Counted from the stretch's first letter, positions 16,092 through 24,613 are shown. The stretch is 25,745 bases of DNA from Elusimicrobiota bacterium (GCA_036574205.1 JAINCQ010000031.1:1-25745), one strand, 5' to 3'. The notes: generated from the sequence alone by a model not told the origin. A program made the numbers and translations.

Positions 16092-17897
16092 ATGTCAGAG
16101 GAAAATAAAGAAGAAAATTTAATAAATGAGACTTATAGACAAAAGCCAAAAGTGGCTGTTTATGTATGTCACTGTGGCGGAAATATTTCAGATGTAATAG
16201 ATGTTAAAAAAGTTGCAAAAGAATTGTCTTCTTATCCTAATGTGGCTATATCCAGAGAATATGCTTTTATGTGTTCTTCAACAGGACAGGATTTTATTGT
16301 TGAGGATATAAAAAAACATGGAATAAACAGAGTTGTCATAGCTGCTTGTTCTCCATACCTTCATGAACTTACTTTCAGGGGAGCGCTTAATAGAGCAGGA
16401 CTTAATCCATATTTATATGAGCATGTCAACATAAGAGAACAGGCAAGTTGGGTTCATAAAAATGACAAAGAAGGAGCTACTCTTAAGGCTATAGCTCTTA
16501 TAAAAGCCGGAGTGGAAAAAGTCATAAGACAGGATCCGCTAAACTCTATAAGAGTAGAAGCTTTGCATTCAGTGGCTATAATAGGAGCAGGAATAGCCGG
16601 GTTAAAAGCGGCAATAAGTTGTGCTGAAAATGGTCTTGATGTAACTATAATAGAAAAAAGTTCATTTATAGGTGGTAAATTGAATAGAAGAGGTCCTGTG
16701 TATCCTACCGGAGAAAAATCAGTTGATGTGGTTGAAAATCTTTCAAAAAAAGCTCTTAGTATGAAGAATGTAAAAATATATACTGAGGCTGAGATATCTT
16801 TTATAGGAGGATATGTTGGTAATTTTCAGCTTAATGTTAAAAAATCTGATGGGAGTTTTGAAAAAGTAAAAGCTGGGGCTATAATAATAGCCACAGGTTT
16901 TGATTTTTATAAACCTTTAGACGGGGAATATGGATGGGGAAAAAGTCCATTTATTTTGACATTGCCACAATTTAATGAATTGCTTGAGAAGAACACAGGT
17001 TCAGAACTTGAAATTGAAGGTAAAAAAATCAAATCGGCTACCTTTATTCATTGTGTTGGCTCAAGGCAGATAAATGGAATAGATAAACCTGGCAAAAACG
17101 GGAAAGTTAATGAATATTGTTCCAGAATATGCTGTACAGCGATAATACATTCAGCTAACAGACTTAAAGAAAAATTTCCGAATATTGAAGTTTTTGACAT
17201 ATACACAGATATGCGAACTTATGGAATGGACCATGAAAAATATTATAAGAATGCTTCAAAAAATGACATAATATTTTTTAGACGTCCCCTTGAAGAAAGA
17301 CCTGTAGTAGATATAGGAAAAGATTCAATAATTGTAAAAACAAAAGATGTGTTAACAATGAATGAGGAAATGGAAATAGAAACTGATCTCCTTATACTTG
17401 GCACAGGTATTGTTCCAAATGATATAAGCGATATTGTAGAATACTTAAAGTTGCCTGTAGGATCAGATGGCTTTTTACAGGAAGTCCATCCAAAGTTAAG
17501 GCCTGTTGAAGTGGCAAATAATGGAATTTTTTTAGCTGGAACTGCACAAGGACCTATGGATATAATAGAAACTTTACAGGCAGCTAATACTGCAGCTGTT
17601 AAAGCTGCTGCATTGCTTAGTTCCGCTGATATACCGCTGGATCCTTTTGTTGCTGTTGTAGATGAAGATAAATGTACTGGTTGTGCTATTTGCCCTGCTG
17701 AATGTTCTTATGAAGGTGCTCTTACAATGGCTGAAAAAGAAGTTAAAGGCAAAAAGAAAAAGGTTGCTGTTGTAAATCCTGCTCTTTGTAAAGGATGCGG
17801 TGCATGTGTTGCTGTTTGTCAGCCACGCGCAATAAATCTGGCAGGATGGACTCTGGATCAGTTTGAGGCTATGGTTGAAGCTATAGCGAAGGACTAA
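16092..17897 (+). CDS. hdrA: HdrA-like flavoprotein II (N-terminal Fe-S domain, FAD domain, C-terminal ferredoxin)
   Basis: VCHCGGNI, FMCS, AACSP, NIREQ; GAGIAG; HCVGSR...YCSRICC; EVHPKLRPV; CTGCAICPAEC and CKGCGACVAVC. Confidence 0.93.
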   Translation: MSEENKEENLINETYRQKPKVAVYVCHCGGNISDVIDVKKVAKELSSYPNVAISREYAFMCSSTGQDFIVEDIKKHGINRVVIAACSPYLHELTFRGALNRAGLNPYLYEHVNIREQASWVHKNDKEGATLKAIALIKAGVEKVIRQDPLNSIRVEALHSVAIIGAGIAGLKAAISCAENGLDVTIIEKSSFIGGKLNRRGPVYPTGEKSVDVVENLSKKALSMKNVKIYTEAEISFIGGYVGNFQLNVKKSDGSFEKVKAGAIIIATGFDFYKPLDGEYGWGKSPFILTLPQFNELLEKNTGSELEIEGKKIKSATFIHCVGSRQINGIDKPGKNGKVNEYCSRICCTAIIHSANRLKEKFPNIEVFDIYTDMRTYGMDHEKYYKNASKNDIIFFRRPLEERPVVDIGKDSIIVKTKDVLTMNEEMEIETDLLILGTGIVPNDISDIVEYLKLPVGSDGFLQEVHPKLRPVEVANNGIFLAGTAQGPMDIIETLQAANTAAVKAAALLSSADIPLDPFVAVVDEDKCTGCAICPAECSYEGALTMAEKEVKGKKKKVAVVNPALCKGCGACVAVCQPRAINLAGWTLDQFEAMVEAIAKD

Positions 17898-17901
17898 TCT
17901 T

Positions 17902-18192
17902 ATGGAAGATAAAAATAAAAAAATAAATGAACAATTAAAGACACTTAATGAAACTAAAGGTCCTGTAAGTAAAACCTTGCTTGAATATAATAGGGAAAAT
18001 ATTTCAAAACAGAATAAAATTATTAAAGTTTTAAAGGATGGAGAAAAAACAATTCCAGAAATAGCTTCATTAACAGGGCTTTCTTCTAAGGAAGTGTTGT
18101 TTCATGTTACAGGACTTGTAAAATACGGAAAAGTTTCCGTTATAACAGCTAAAACAGGATATATGAAATATAAACTTGTGGAGAAAGAATGA
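17902..18192 (+). CDS. Small winged-HTH-like protein inside the hdr-like operon
   Basis: IIKVLKDGEKTIPEIASLTGLSSKEVLFHVTGLVKYGKV; ATGA overlap with the next gene. Confidence 0.75.
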   Translation: MEDKNKKINEQLKTLNETKGPVSKTLLEYNRENISKQNKIIKVLKDGEKTIPEIASLTGLSSKEVLFHVTGLVKYGKVSVITAKTGYMKYKLVEKE

Positions 18193-19256
18193 GAGTAAAT
18201 ACAAGATTTATAAAGGAAATTAAAAAATATGGTGCTTTTGATATATCGGCATGCTTTAATTGTGGAAATTGTACAGCAGTATGCCCTCTAAGCGCTGAAG
18301 ATTTATCGTTCCCAAGAAAAATGATACGCTACGCACAGATAGGTGCAGAGAAAGAAATAGAGGCTTTGCTTGAGCCATGGATGTGTTATTATTGCGGAGA
18401 ATGTTCAGACACCTGTCCAAGACAGGCATATCCAGGTGAGTTTATGATGAGCTTAAGACGCTATCTTATCTCAAAATATGATGTTACTGGTATATCTTCA
18501 TTTTTTTATAAATTTCCATGGGTTCAGAACTTGTTAACAATAGCCATTTTCGCTTTGTCTTTTACTATTTTTCTCAACTATAAAGGAGACTTTCAGGAAT
18601 TAGCTTCAAAAATAGAGATAGCTTTTCCTGTATATGTAAGCTTTGCTATATTTGCTTATGTTTTTACATTTTACAGAAAAACAATATTTGAAAAATATAG
18701 AAAATTTATTTTTTCTTTTGATTTTTCAAATATAAAAGAGACTTTATTACACGCATTTACGCAAAAAAACTTTATTTCATGTTCAGATAAAGATTTAACA
18801 AGATGGATAGCTCATCTATTGGTTATGAGTGGATATACTCTTACCCTTTTGATTTCTAATTTACATTTATTAGAACCTCTTAAATTTCATTATAAATTTT
18901 TTGATATAAGAACTTTCCTGGTTTTTTATGCTGGTTTTGCCATTTTATTTGGCGGTTTTGTTATGATGTTTAGGCGTGTGGTTAAAAAGGTACAATCTTC
19001 TTCATTTTCTCATTCAACAGACTGGCTTTTTGTGATAATGCTTTTTCTTATAGGTTTTAGCACCCTTGCCACACATACTGCAAATATATTTTTAGGGCCT
19101 GAATCTTTGTTAGTCTCATTATTGTATAAGTTAAATATAGCTATTGAAATAGCATGGATAATTATCGTTGTTCCTTTTACAAAATGGATACATATTTTTT
19201 TCAGACCTATGGCTATATATTTAAGAAATCTTAAAAGAGAGAAAAATTTAGCATAA
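18189..19256 (+). CDS. QmoC-like protein: HdrC-type 2x[4Fe-4S] domain fused to a NarI/HdrE-type cytochrome b membrane domain
   Basis: CFNCGNCTAVCP, CYYCGECSDTCPRQAYPGE; several TM helices; RWIAH and PFTKWIH..RP motifs. Confidence 0.87.
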   Translation: MRVNTRFIKEIKKYGAFDISACFNCGNCTAVCPLSAEDLSFPRKMIRYAQIGAEKEIEALLEPWMCYYCGECSDTCPRQAYPGEFMMSLRRYLISKYDVTGISSFFYKFPWVQNLLTIAIFALSFTIFLNYKGDFQELASKIEIAFPVYVSFAIFAYVFTFYRKTIFEKYRKFIFSFDFSNIKETLLHAFTQKNFISCSDKDLTRWIAHLLVMSGYTLTLLISNLHLLEPLKFHYKFFDIRTFLVFYAGFAILFGGFVMMFRRVVKKVQSSSFSHSTDWLFVIMLFLIGFSTLATHTANIFLGPESLLVSLLYKLNIAIEIAWIIIVVPFTKWIHIFFRPMAIYLRNLKREKNLA

Positions 19257-19274
19257 TAAAGGAAGGGGGATAAT

Positions 19275-19829
19275 ATGGCTGACATTAATGAGCTTGAAAA
19301 AAAAATTAATGAACTTAAAAGCGAAATTGAAGCATTAAAAGCTAATGCACCAAAAGATCAGCTTTCAATGGTTGTCATGAGCGGAGATTTAGATAAGTTA
19401 CTTGCGGCTTTTGTAATTGCCACAGGTGCTGCAGCTATGTATGAGAGAGTTGTAATGTTCTTCACTTTATGGGCTATACCGTTTTTGAAAGATCCAAACA
19501 AAAAGGTTCCAAAAGATATAATTTCAAAGGCTTTTGAAATAATGTTACCACAAAATACTAAAGGTCTTAAACTTTCCAGGATGAATATGATGGGATTAGG
19601 CCCTGTTATGATAAAGGGACTTATGAAAAAGTATAATGTAAAAACTCTTGGAGATCTGCTTAAACTTGCTGAAGAAATGGGAAATGTTGAAATATATATA
19701 TGTCAGATGTCAATGGATTTAATGGGATATAAATGGGAAGAGATGATAAATTATCCTAATATGAAATCAGCAGGAGTTGCTAAATTCGTGGCTGAAGCAG
19801 GACAAAGCAAGGCTACACTTTTTATTTAA
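19275..19829 (+). CDS. DsrE2-type (DsrE/DsrF/DrsH-like) sulfur transfer protein
   Basis: SGDLDK..AAFVIATGAAAM...MFFTLW...ICQMSMDLMG...GVAKF...ATLFI. Confidence 0.9.
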   Translation: MADINELEKKINELKSEIEALKANAPKDQLSMVVMSGDLDKLLAAFVIATGAAAMYERVVMFFTLWAIPFLKDPNKKVPKDIISKAFEIMLPQNTKGLKLSRMNMMGLGPVMIKGLMKKYNVKTLGDLLKLAEEMGNVEIYICQMSMDLMGYKWEEMINYPNMKSAGVAKFVAEAGQSKATLFI

Positions 19830-19839
19830 AGAGGCAAAA

Positions 19840-20214
19840 ATGGAGAACAATGAAAGTAAGGAAAAAATAGTTTATGTAGTAACACATGCAGAAGATAATC
19901 CAGAGAAGGCTATAATACCATTTGTCTTAGCAAATGGAGCTATGGCAATGGATGTTGAAGTTTCTATAATACTTCAAAGTAATGGAGTGCTTTTAGCTAA
20001 AAAAGGCTATGCTGAAAAGATAAATCATACATATTTTGATCCTCTAAAAAAATTGATGGATCAATATATTCAATCAGGCGGAAAAATATATTTATGTGCT
20101 CCATGTGTTAAAGCAAGAAATATGGAAAATGATATTATAGAAGGTGCTGTAATAATTGGAGCTGCTAAAGTAGTTCAGGAAGCACTTAGCGCAAAAGTAG
20201 TTTTTACATATTAG
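19840..20214 (+). CDS. DsrE-family protein
   Basis: GAGG then ATG 19840 (preferred to 19777); TH.EDNPEKA..PF.LANGA.AMD...GGKIYLCAPC..AR. Confidence 0.88.
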   Translation: MENNESKEKIVYVVTHAEDNPEKAIIPFVLANGAMAMDVEVSIILQSNGVLLAKKGYAEKINHTYFDPLKKLMDQYIQSGGKIYLCAPCVKARNMENDIIEGAVIIGAAKVVQEALSAKVVFTY

Positions 20215-20605
20215 TTTTCTTATCTAATTGCTAAAATAATTTAAAAAATTTTGCATAATTGATAGATTCAAAGAGTAAGGACAAAAAACCGTTAAACACT
20301 TTTGTTAGTGTTTTAAAACATAGATATTTTTTGCTTTGTCATTTAATCAGGTTTTAACTTCTTTCTTATTATACGCCAGATATCTCTGTTTTGTTACTCT
20401 GGTGTTTTAAACTTATGTGTCACTAAAACTACATTATTGGACAGATCTTTAAGGATGTTGAGCCGTAGAATAATATTTGTAAATCTATTGAAAAATACGT
20501 TTAAACACCAGACTGATTGGCCCCGTTGTCTAAGATATTTTGCTTTCAAAACAACATCCACTAATTTTACACGGCCGTAGTTAAACTGTGGATAATTGTT
20601 TTTTT

Positions 20606-20632
20606 GGTTTTACCTTCCGGGACGGTAAAACC
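20606..20632. other. Stem-loop GGTTTTACC-TTCCGGGAC-GGTAAAACC, possible minus-strand terminator
   Basis: 9-bp perfect stem; the T-run is on its 5' side on +, so it is not a canonical + terminator. Function uncertain. Confidence 0.3.
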
Positions 20633-20650
20633 GTCCTTCCCCCCTTAAAT

Positions 20651-20809
20651 CTCCTCACCCTAACCCTCTCCAAAAAAGGAGAGGGGATATGTATAGCAAG
20701 GAGATGAACATTGAAAAAAAATAAATGAGTAATAAGATCCCTTCCCCCTTGATGGGGGAAGGTGAAGGATGAGGGTGAAGAAATGGGAGAGGATTAAGGT
20801 GAGGGTGAA
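20651..20809. repeat. Second cluster of BoxC/REP-like palindromes, paralogous to 13448-13656
   Basis: CTCCTCACCCTAACCCTCTCC-AAAAAA-GGAGAGGGG 20651-20686; 43 bp at 20737-20779 identical to 13546-13588; half unit 20783-20809. Confidence 0.8.
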
Positions 20810-21046
20810 AAGAAGAGAGGGGACATAGCAGTTAAACCATCACGGAAGGTAATATTCATCACATAGAGTTTGAATGATGGGTTTATGGATTATATCTTAT
20901 AGTATTGAAAAACACCATAAATAATTGAATCGGAAAAACACCAATAAATTGGTTTTTAGATGAACAATTTAAAAATCATAAAAAGTCCAATCTACCTGTG
21001 CATGTCTTCTGCACGCAGAAGATATGTATAGATATCTTACATTTAT

Positions 21047-21084
21047 TTGACAGACATTTGGTTATTTGGTAAAATGTTCAAATA
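21047..21084 (+). promoter_or_regulatory. Sigma70 promoter (near-leaderless) with ArsR-type operator
   Basis: TTGACA 21047-21052, 17 bp, TGn-TAAAAT 21070-21075, ATG at 21084 with no SD; IR TATTTG-N10-CAAATA 21063-21084. Confidence 0.7.
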
Positions 21085-21371
21085 TGGATAGATTTAAAAA
21101 AGAGTATTATGTCAAAGAGGCTAATATATTAAAGGCATTGTCTCATCCAACAAGACTTTTAATTATAGATATGATTCAGAATAAAGAGTTTTGTGTATGC
21201 GAGTTACAGCAAAAAATAGGGGATGATATCTCAACTGTTTCAAAACATCTTTCGGTGCTTAAAAACGCTGGACTTGTCAATACTAAAAGGAAAGGTAAAT
21301 GGATTTATTATACTCTTACCTTTCCCTGTATAGTAAATTTTTTAAGATGTATTAAAGGAGTAGTAAAATGA
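21084..21371 (+). CDS. arsR: ArsR/SmtB-family metal(loid)-responsive repressor
   Basis: LKALSHPTRL, alpha3 site FCVCEL, STVSKHLSVLKNAGLV; start moved to ATG 21084 because TTG 21066 lies inside the promoter. Confidence 0.9.
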   Translation: MDRFKKEYYVKEANILKALSHPTRLLIIDMIQNKEFCVCELQQKIGDDISTVSKHLSVLKNAGLVNTKRKGKWIYYTLTFPCIVNFLRCIKGVVK

Positions 21372-22666
21372 GCTTAAAAGAGGAAAGGAAAACGTTGATT
21401 TTATTTGTTATTGTTTTCTTTGCTTTATACTTTCTTCCTGTATCCTCCATACGATTTAAGAATGCTATAATGGAGGCTTTTGAGCTTACAAAATGGTATA
21501 CACGCGAACATATTCTTCTATGTCTTGTCCCGGCTCTTTTTATAGCGGGTGGAATATCAGTTTTTGTTTCTCAAGCATCCGTGATGAGATATTTTGGAGC
21601 AGGAGCAAATAAAATTCTTTCTTATGGGGTTGCATCTGTATCTGGCACAATGCTTGCAGTTTGTTCCTGTACTGTTTTGCCGCTTTTTGCGGGGATATAT
21701 AAAAGGGGAGCGGGAATTGGACCTGCTATTGCTTTTTTATATTCTGGGCCCGCTATAAATGTTCTTGCCATAGTTTTAACTGCTAGAATACTTGGTTTTG
21801 AAATGGGGCTGGCGAGAGCAATTGGCGCTATTATTTTTAGCCTTGTCATTGGTATCTCAATGCATTTTATTTTCATAAAAGAGGAAAAACAAAAAATTGA
21901 AAATCAGATAAACATGCAGGTTCCTTCTTTACAAAGACCTTTATGGCAAAACATTCTTTATTTTGCTTCTATGGTTTTTATTTTAGTCTTTGCCAACTGG
22001 AGTAAAGGGGATAATACAGAAGGATTTTTTTATTTAATTTACCGCTTAAAATGGGTTTTGACTTCCATCTCAGCTATTTTTCTGGGGTTTATTTTAATTA
22101 TATGGTTTGGCGCAAATAAAAAGAAAATTATAATTTCTTCAGTAATTGTTTTTATATTGTCTATTTTATTCAGTGATATGCCTGTTATTGCTTTTTCTGC
22201 AGGTTTTATAGGGCTTTCCTGGGCAATATCAAATGATGATGGAGAATTGGGGGATTGGCTTTCTGCAAGTTGGGATCTTGCGAAACAAATATTTCCGCTT
22301 TTAATTGCTGGAGTATTTGTTTCTGGTTTTCTTTTAGGAAGGCCGCAAAATGAAGGAATCATACCTTCTAATTGGGTCAGGTGGGCTGTTGGTGGAAATT
22401 CATTTGGAGCTAATTTCTTTTCTTCTATTGTTGGGGCTTTTATGTATTTTGCAACTTTAACTGAAGTTCCAATACTTCAGGGGCTTATAGGAAGTGGAAT
22501 GGGAAAAGGCCCGGCGCTTGCAATGCTTTTAGCAGGACCGGCGCTTTCTCTTCCAAGCATGCTTGTTCTTAAAAGCATTATGGGAACAAAGAAAACAATA
22601 ATTTATGTTTTACTTGTTGTTATAATGTCAACTATTACCGGGATGTTTTATGGCGCATTTTTTTAA
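21368..22666 (+). CDS. ArsP/DUF318-family permease
   Basis: Polytopic membrane protein with LAVCSCTVLPLF, FLYSGPAINV, YFATLTEVPI, LLAGPALSLP motifs; ATGA-coupled to arsR. Confidence 0.9.
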   Translation: MSLKEERKTLILFVIVFFALYFLPVSSIRFKNAIMEAFELTKWYTREHILLCLVPALFIAGGISVFVSQASVMRYFGAGANKILSYGVASVSGTMLAVCSCTVLPLFAGIYKRGAGIGPAIAFLYSGPAINVLAIVLTARILGFEMGLARAIGAIIFSLVIGISMHFIFIKEEKQKIENQINMQVPSLQRPLWQNILYFASMVFILVFANWSKGDNTEGFFYLIYRLKWVLTSISAIFLGFILIIWFGANKKKIIISSVIVFILSILFSDMPVIAFSAGFIGLSWAISNDDGELGDWLSASWDLAKQIFPLLIAGVFVSGFLLGRPQNEGIIPSNWVRWAVGGNSFGANFFSSIVGAFMYFATLTEVPILQGLIGSGMGKGPALAMLLAGPALSLPSMLVLKSIMGTKKTIIYVLLVVIMSTITGMFYGAFF

Positions 22667-22675
22667 GGAGGTATT

Positions 22676-22915
22676 ATGAAAAAAATACAAATACTTGGCA
22701 TGGGATGTCCAAAATGCAAGAAATTGTATGAAACTGCTGAAATGGCGGCAAGAGAATTAGGGATAGAATATGAGATGGAAAAAATAACTGATATAAACAA
22801 AATAACGGAGATGGGTGTGATGATTACTCCGGCTTTAGCTATAAACGGCGAAGTGAAACTTGCTGGTAAACTGCCAACTGGTGAAGAACTAAAAAAAATT
22901 TTAAAAGATAATTAA
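22676..22915 (+). CDS. Small thioredoxin-like redox-active disulfide protein (MTH895/TM0996 type)
   Basis: ILGMGCPKC, GVMITPALAING; SD AAGGAGG. Confidence 0.92.
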   Translation: MKKIQILGMGCPKCKKLYETAEMAARELGIEYEMEKITDINKITEMGVMITPALAINGEVKLAGKLPTGEELKKILKDN

Positions 22916-22920
22916 AAAAT

Positions 22921-23286
22921 ATGCCAGAACAATGTGATTGTTGCACTAAAACAATGATTGTTCTGTCATGTTCCGGCGCCTCAGATGTGGGTGAACTGGC
23001 AGATAGAGCCGCGCGGATGCTATCACAAAAAACAAAGATAAAAATGGGTTGTCTTGCCGGTATAGGGGGGAATATAAGCGGTTTTATAGCATCTGCAAAT
23101 GGGGCTGATATTGTTATAGCCATAGATGGTTGTTCAGTTTCATGCGCCAAAAAGACTCTGGAAACTCATGGTATCAAAAAGTTCAATCATCTGAAAGTTA
23201 CAGACTGCGGCTTTGAAAAAGGCGATGCTTTAGTTACTAAGAAAAATATTGAAAGGATTTTCAGATATGCAAAAAAACTTATCTAA
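22921..23286 (+). CDS. DGC-domain (putative zinc-binding) protein
   Basis: CSGASDVG, MGCLAGIG, AIDGCSVSCAKK. Confidence 0.9.
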   Translation: MPEQCDCCTKTMIVLSCSGASDVGELADRAARMLSQKTKIKMGCLAGIGGNISGFIASANGADIVIAIDGCSVSCAKKTLETHGIKKFNHLKVTDCGFEKGDALVTKKNIERIFRYAKKLI

Positions 23287-23887
23287 ATCCAAGTCTAAAA
23301 ATCAACTAAAGATGGTAAAAATTTTTCTTATATGCTTTGTAATATTAAGTATATTAATTGGGGTTTACAAAGCAATTAAGTCACCATGTTGTGATGTAGA
23401 AAATAGTGATATATTATCATCAGATAAGGAAAGCGTAGTGCAGATTACATCCAGTTCAGAATCTGTCCTGAAATCGTCAGCTTTTGCTGATAAGACTGAA
23501 GCAAAATCTAAAGCAGATAGCGCTTCATCCAACTTACAGGCAAAAAAGACAAAAAAAGCAATAGTCTATTACTTTTACACTAGTATTCGTTGTTATTCAT
23601 GCACTCTTATTGAAAATTATATCAGGGAGGCTGTGGAACAAAATTTCAATAAACCATATAATGGCTGGATTGTTGAATTTAAAGGTGTGAATGTAGAGCT
23701 TGGTGAAAACCGTCATTTTATAAAAGATTATTGGCTTAATTCAAAATCTGTAGTTGTACAAAAATTTGAAGATCAAAAACTACTGGAATGGATTATATTA
23801 AAAGATGTTTGGCTATTATTAGGGAATAAGTCATTGTTTATTAATTATGTCAATAATGAAATTAAGAAGTTTTTGGATAAGGAATGA
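23267..23887 (+). CDS. Membrane-anchored extracytoplasmic thioredoxin-like protein (ArsF-family-like)
   Basis: N-terminal TM anchor, Ser/Lys linker, VYYFYTSIRCYSC..IE motif; AAAGGA precedes ATG 23267. Confidence 0.75.
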   Translation: MQKNLSKSKSKNQLKMVKIFLICFVILSILIGVYKAIKSPCCDVENSDILSSDKESVVQITSSSESVLKSSAFADKTEAKSKADSASSNLQAKKTKKAIVYYFYTSIRCYSCTLIENYIREAVEQNFNKPYNGWIVEFKGVNVELGENRHFIKDYWLNSKSVVVQKFEDQKLLEWIILKDVWLLLGNKSLFINYVNNEIKKFLDKE

Positions 23888-24576
23888 ACTTTGAATTTTT
23901 GGCTGTATCATTAACAGCTATATGGACAGGAATACTTACAGCAATAAGTCCATGTCCGCTTGGGACTAATATAGCTGCCTTGTCTTATATTTCAAAACAT
24001 TGCGCATTAGGAAAATCAACAGTGCTTTTTCATAGTTTATTATATACTGCTGGTCGTGCTGTGGCATATATAGTGATAGGTTTTCTGGTTGTTAAAGGGT
24101 TGCTCTATACCCCTTCATTTTCTTTTTTAATTCAGAAATATGGCAATCAAATTCTTTCACCTTTACTTGTATTAGCAGGGATGTATATGCTTGATATGTT
24201 TAGTACCAATTTTGAAGGATTTAATATATTAAATCCTTTACGTTTTAAAACAAAAACAGGAACGATACCTTCTTTATTTATGGGAATAGTGTTTGCTATG
24301 GCTTTTTGTCCTATTTCTGCTGCACTTTATTTCGGTATAATAATACCACTGGCAGTTACTAATTCCTCTCCATTTTTCATACCTTTTTTATATGGCATAG
24401 GTACTGCTTTACCGGTTACAGTGGTTGCTATTGTTATTGACTTTGGTATAAAGAAAATATCTTCAATAACTGAGATTGCTGCCAGGGTTGAAAAATATGC
24501 TAAAGCAGTAACTGGATGGATATTTATCATTGCAGGTATTTATCTTGCTCTAAAATATATATTTGAGATAGTTTAA
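23884..24576 (+). CDS. CcdA/DsbD-TM-like membrane protein (ArsG-family-like)
   Basis: About 6 TM; TAISPCPLGTN and AMAFCPISAALYFG cysteine pair; YGIGTALPV. Confidence 0.85.
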   Translation: MNFEFLAVSLTAIWTGILTAISPCPLGTNIAALSYISKHCALGKSTVLFHSLLYTAGRAVAYIVIGFLVVKGLLYTPSFSFLIQKYGNQILSPLLVLAGMYMLDMFSTNFEGFNILNPLRFKTKTGTIPSLFMGIVFAMAFCPISAALYFGIIIPLAVTNSSPFFIPFLYGIGTALPVTVVAIVIDFGIKKISSITEIAARVEKYAKAVTGWIFIIAGIYLALKYIFEIV

Positions 24577-24613
24577 AGTTATGTTAGCAAAAAGAGAAAA
24601 TTATTCGTAAAAC

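Noticed and set aside
14404..17897. Selenocysteine in HdrA/MvhD or TGA reassignment
   Set aside because: No in-frame TGA at Cys positions; TGA ends tusA, mvhD-like and hdrA-I at expected lengths, so the standard code fits.
14784..19256. Calling this sulfate-reduction QmoABC, methanogen HdrABC or sulfur-oxidising sHdr
   Set aside because: No aprAB, hdrB or lipoate-binding genes in the window; MvhD is a separate divergent gene rather than fused as in QmoB.
13723..19285. Minus ORFs 13723..13992, 14438..14632, 14714..14938, 15048..15230, 15379..15576, 19010..19285
   Set aside because: Antisense to well-supported genes of the hdr-like operon.
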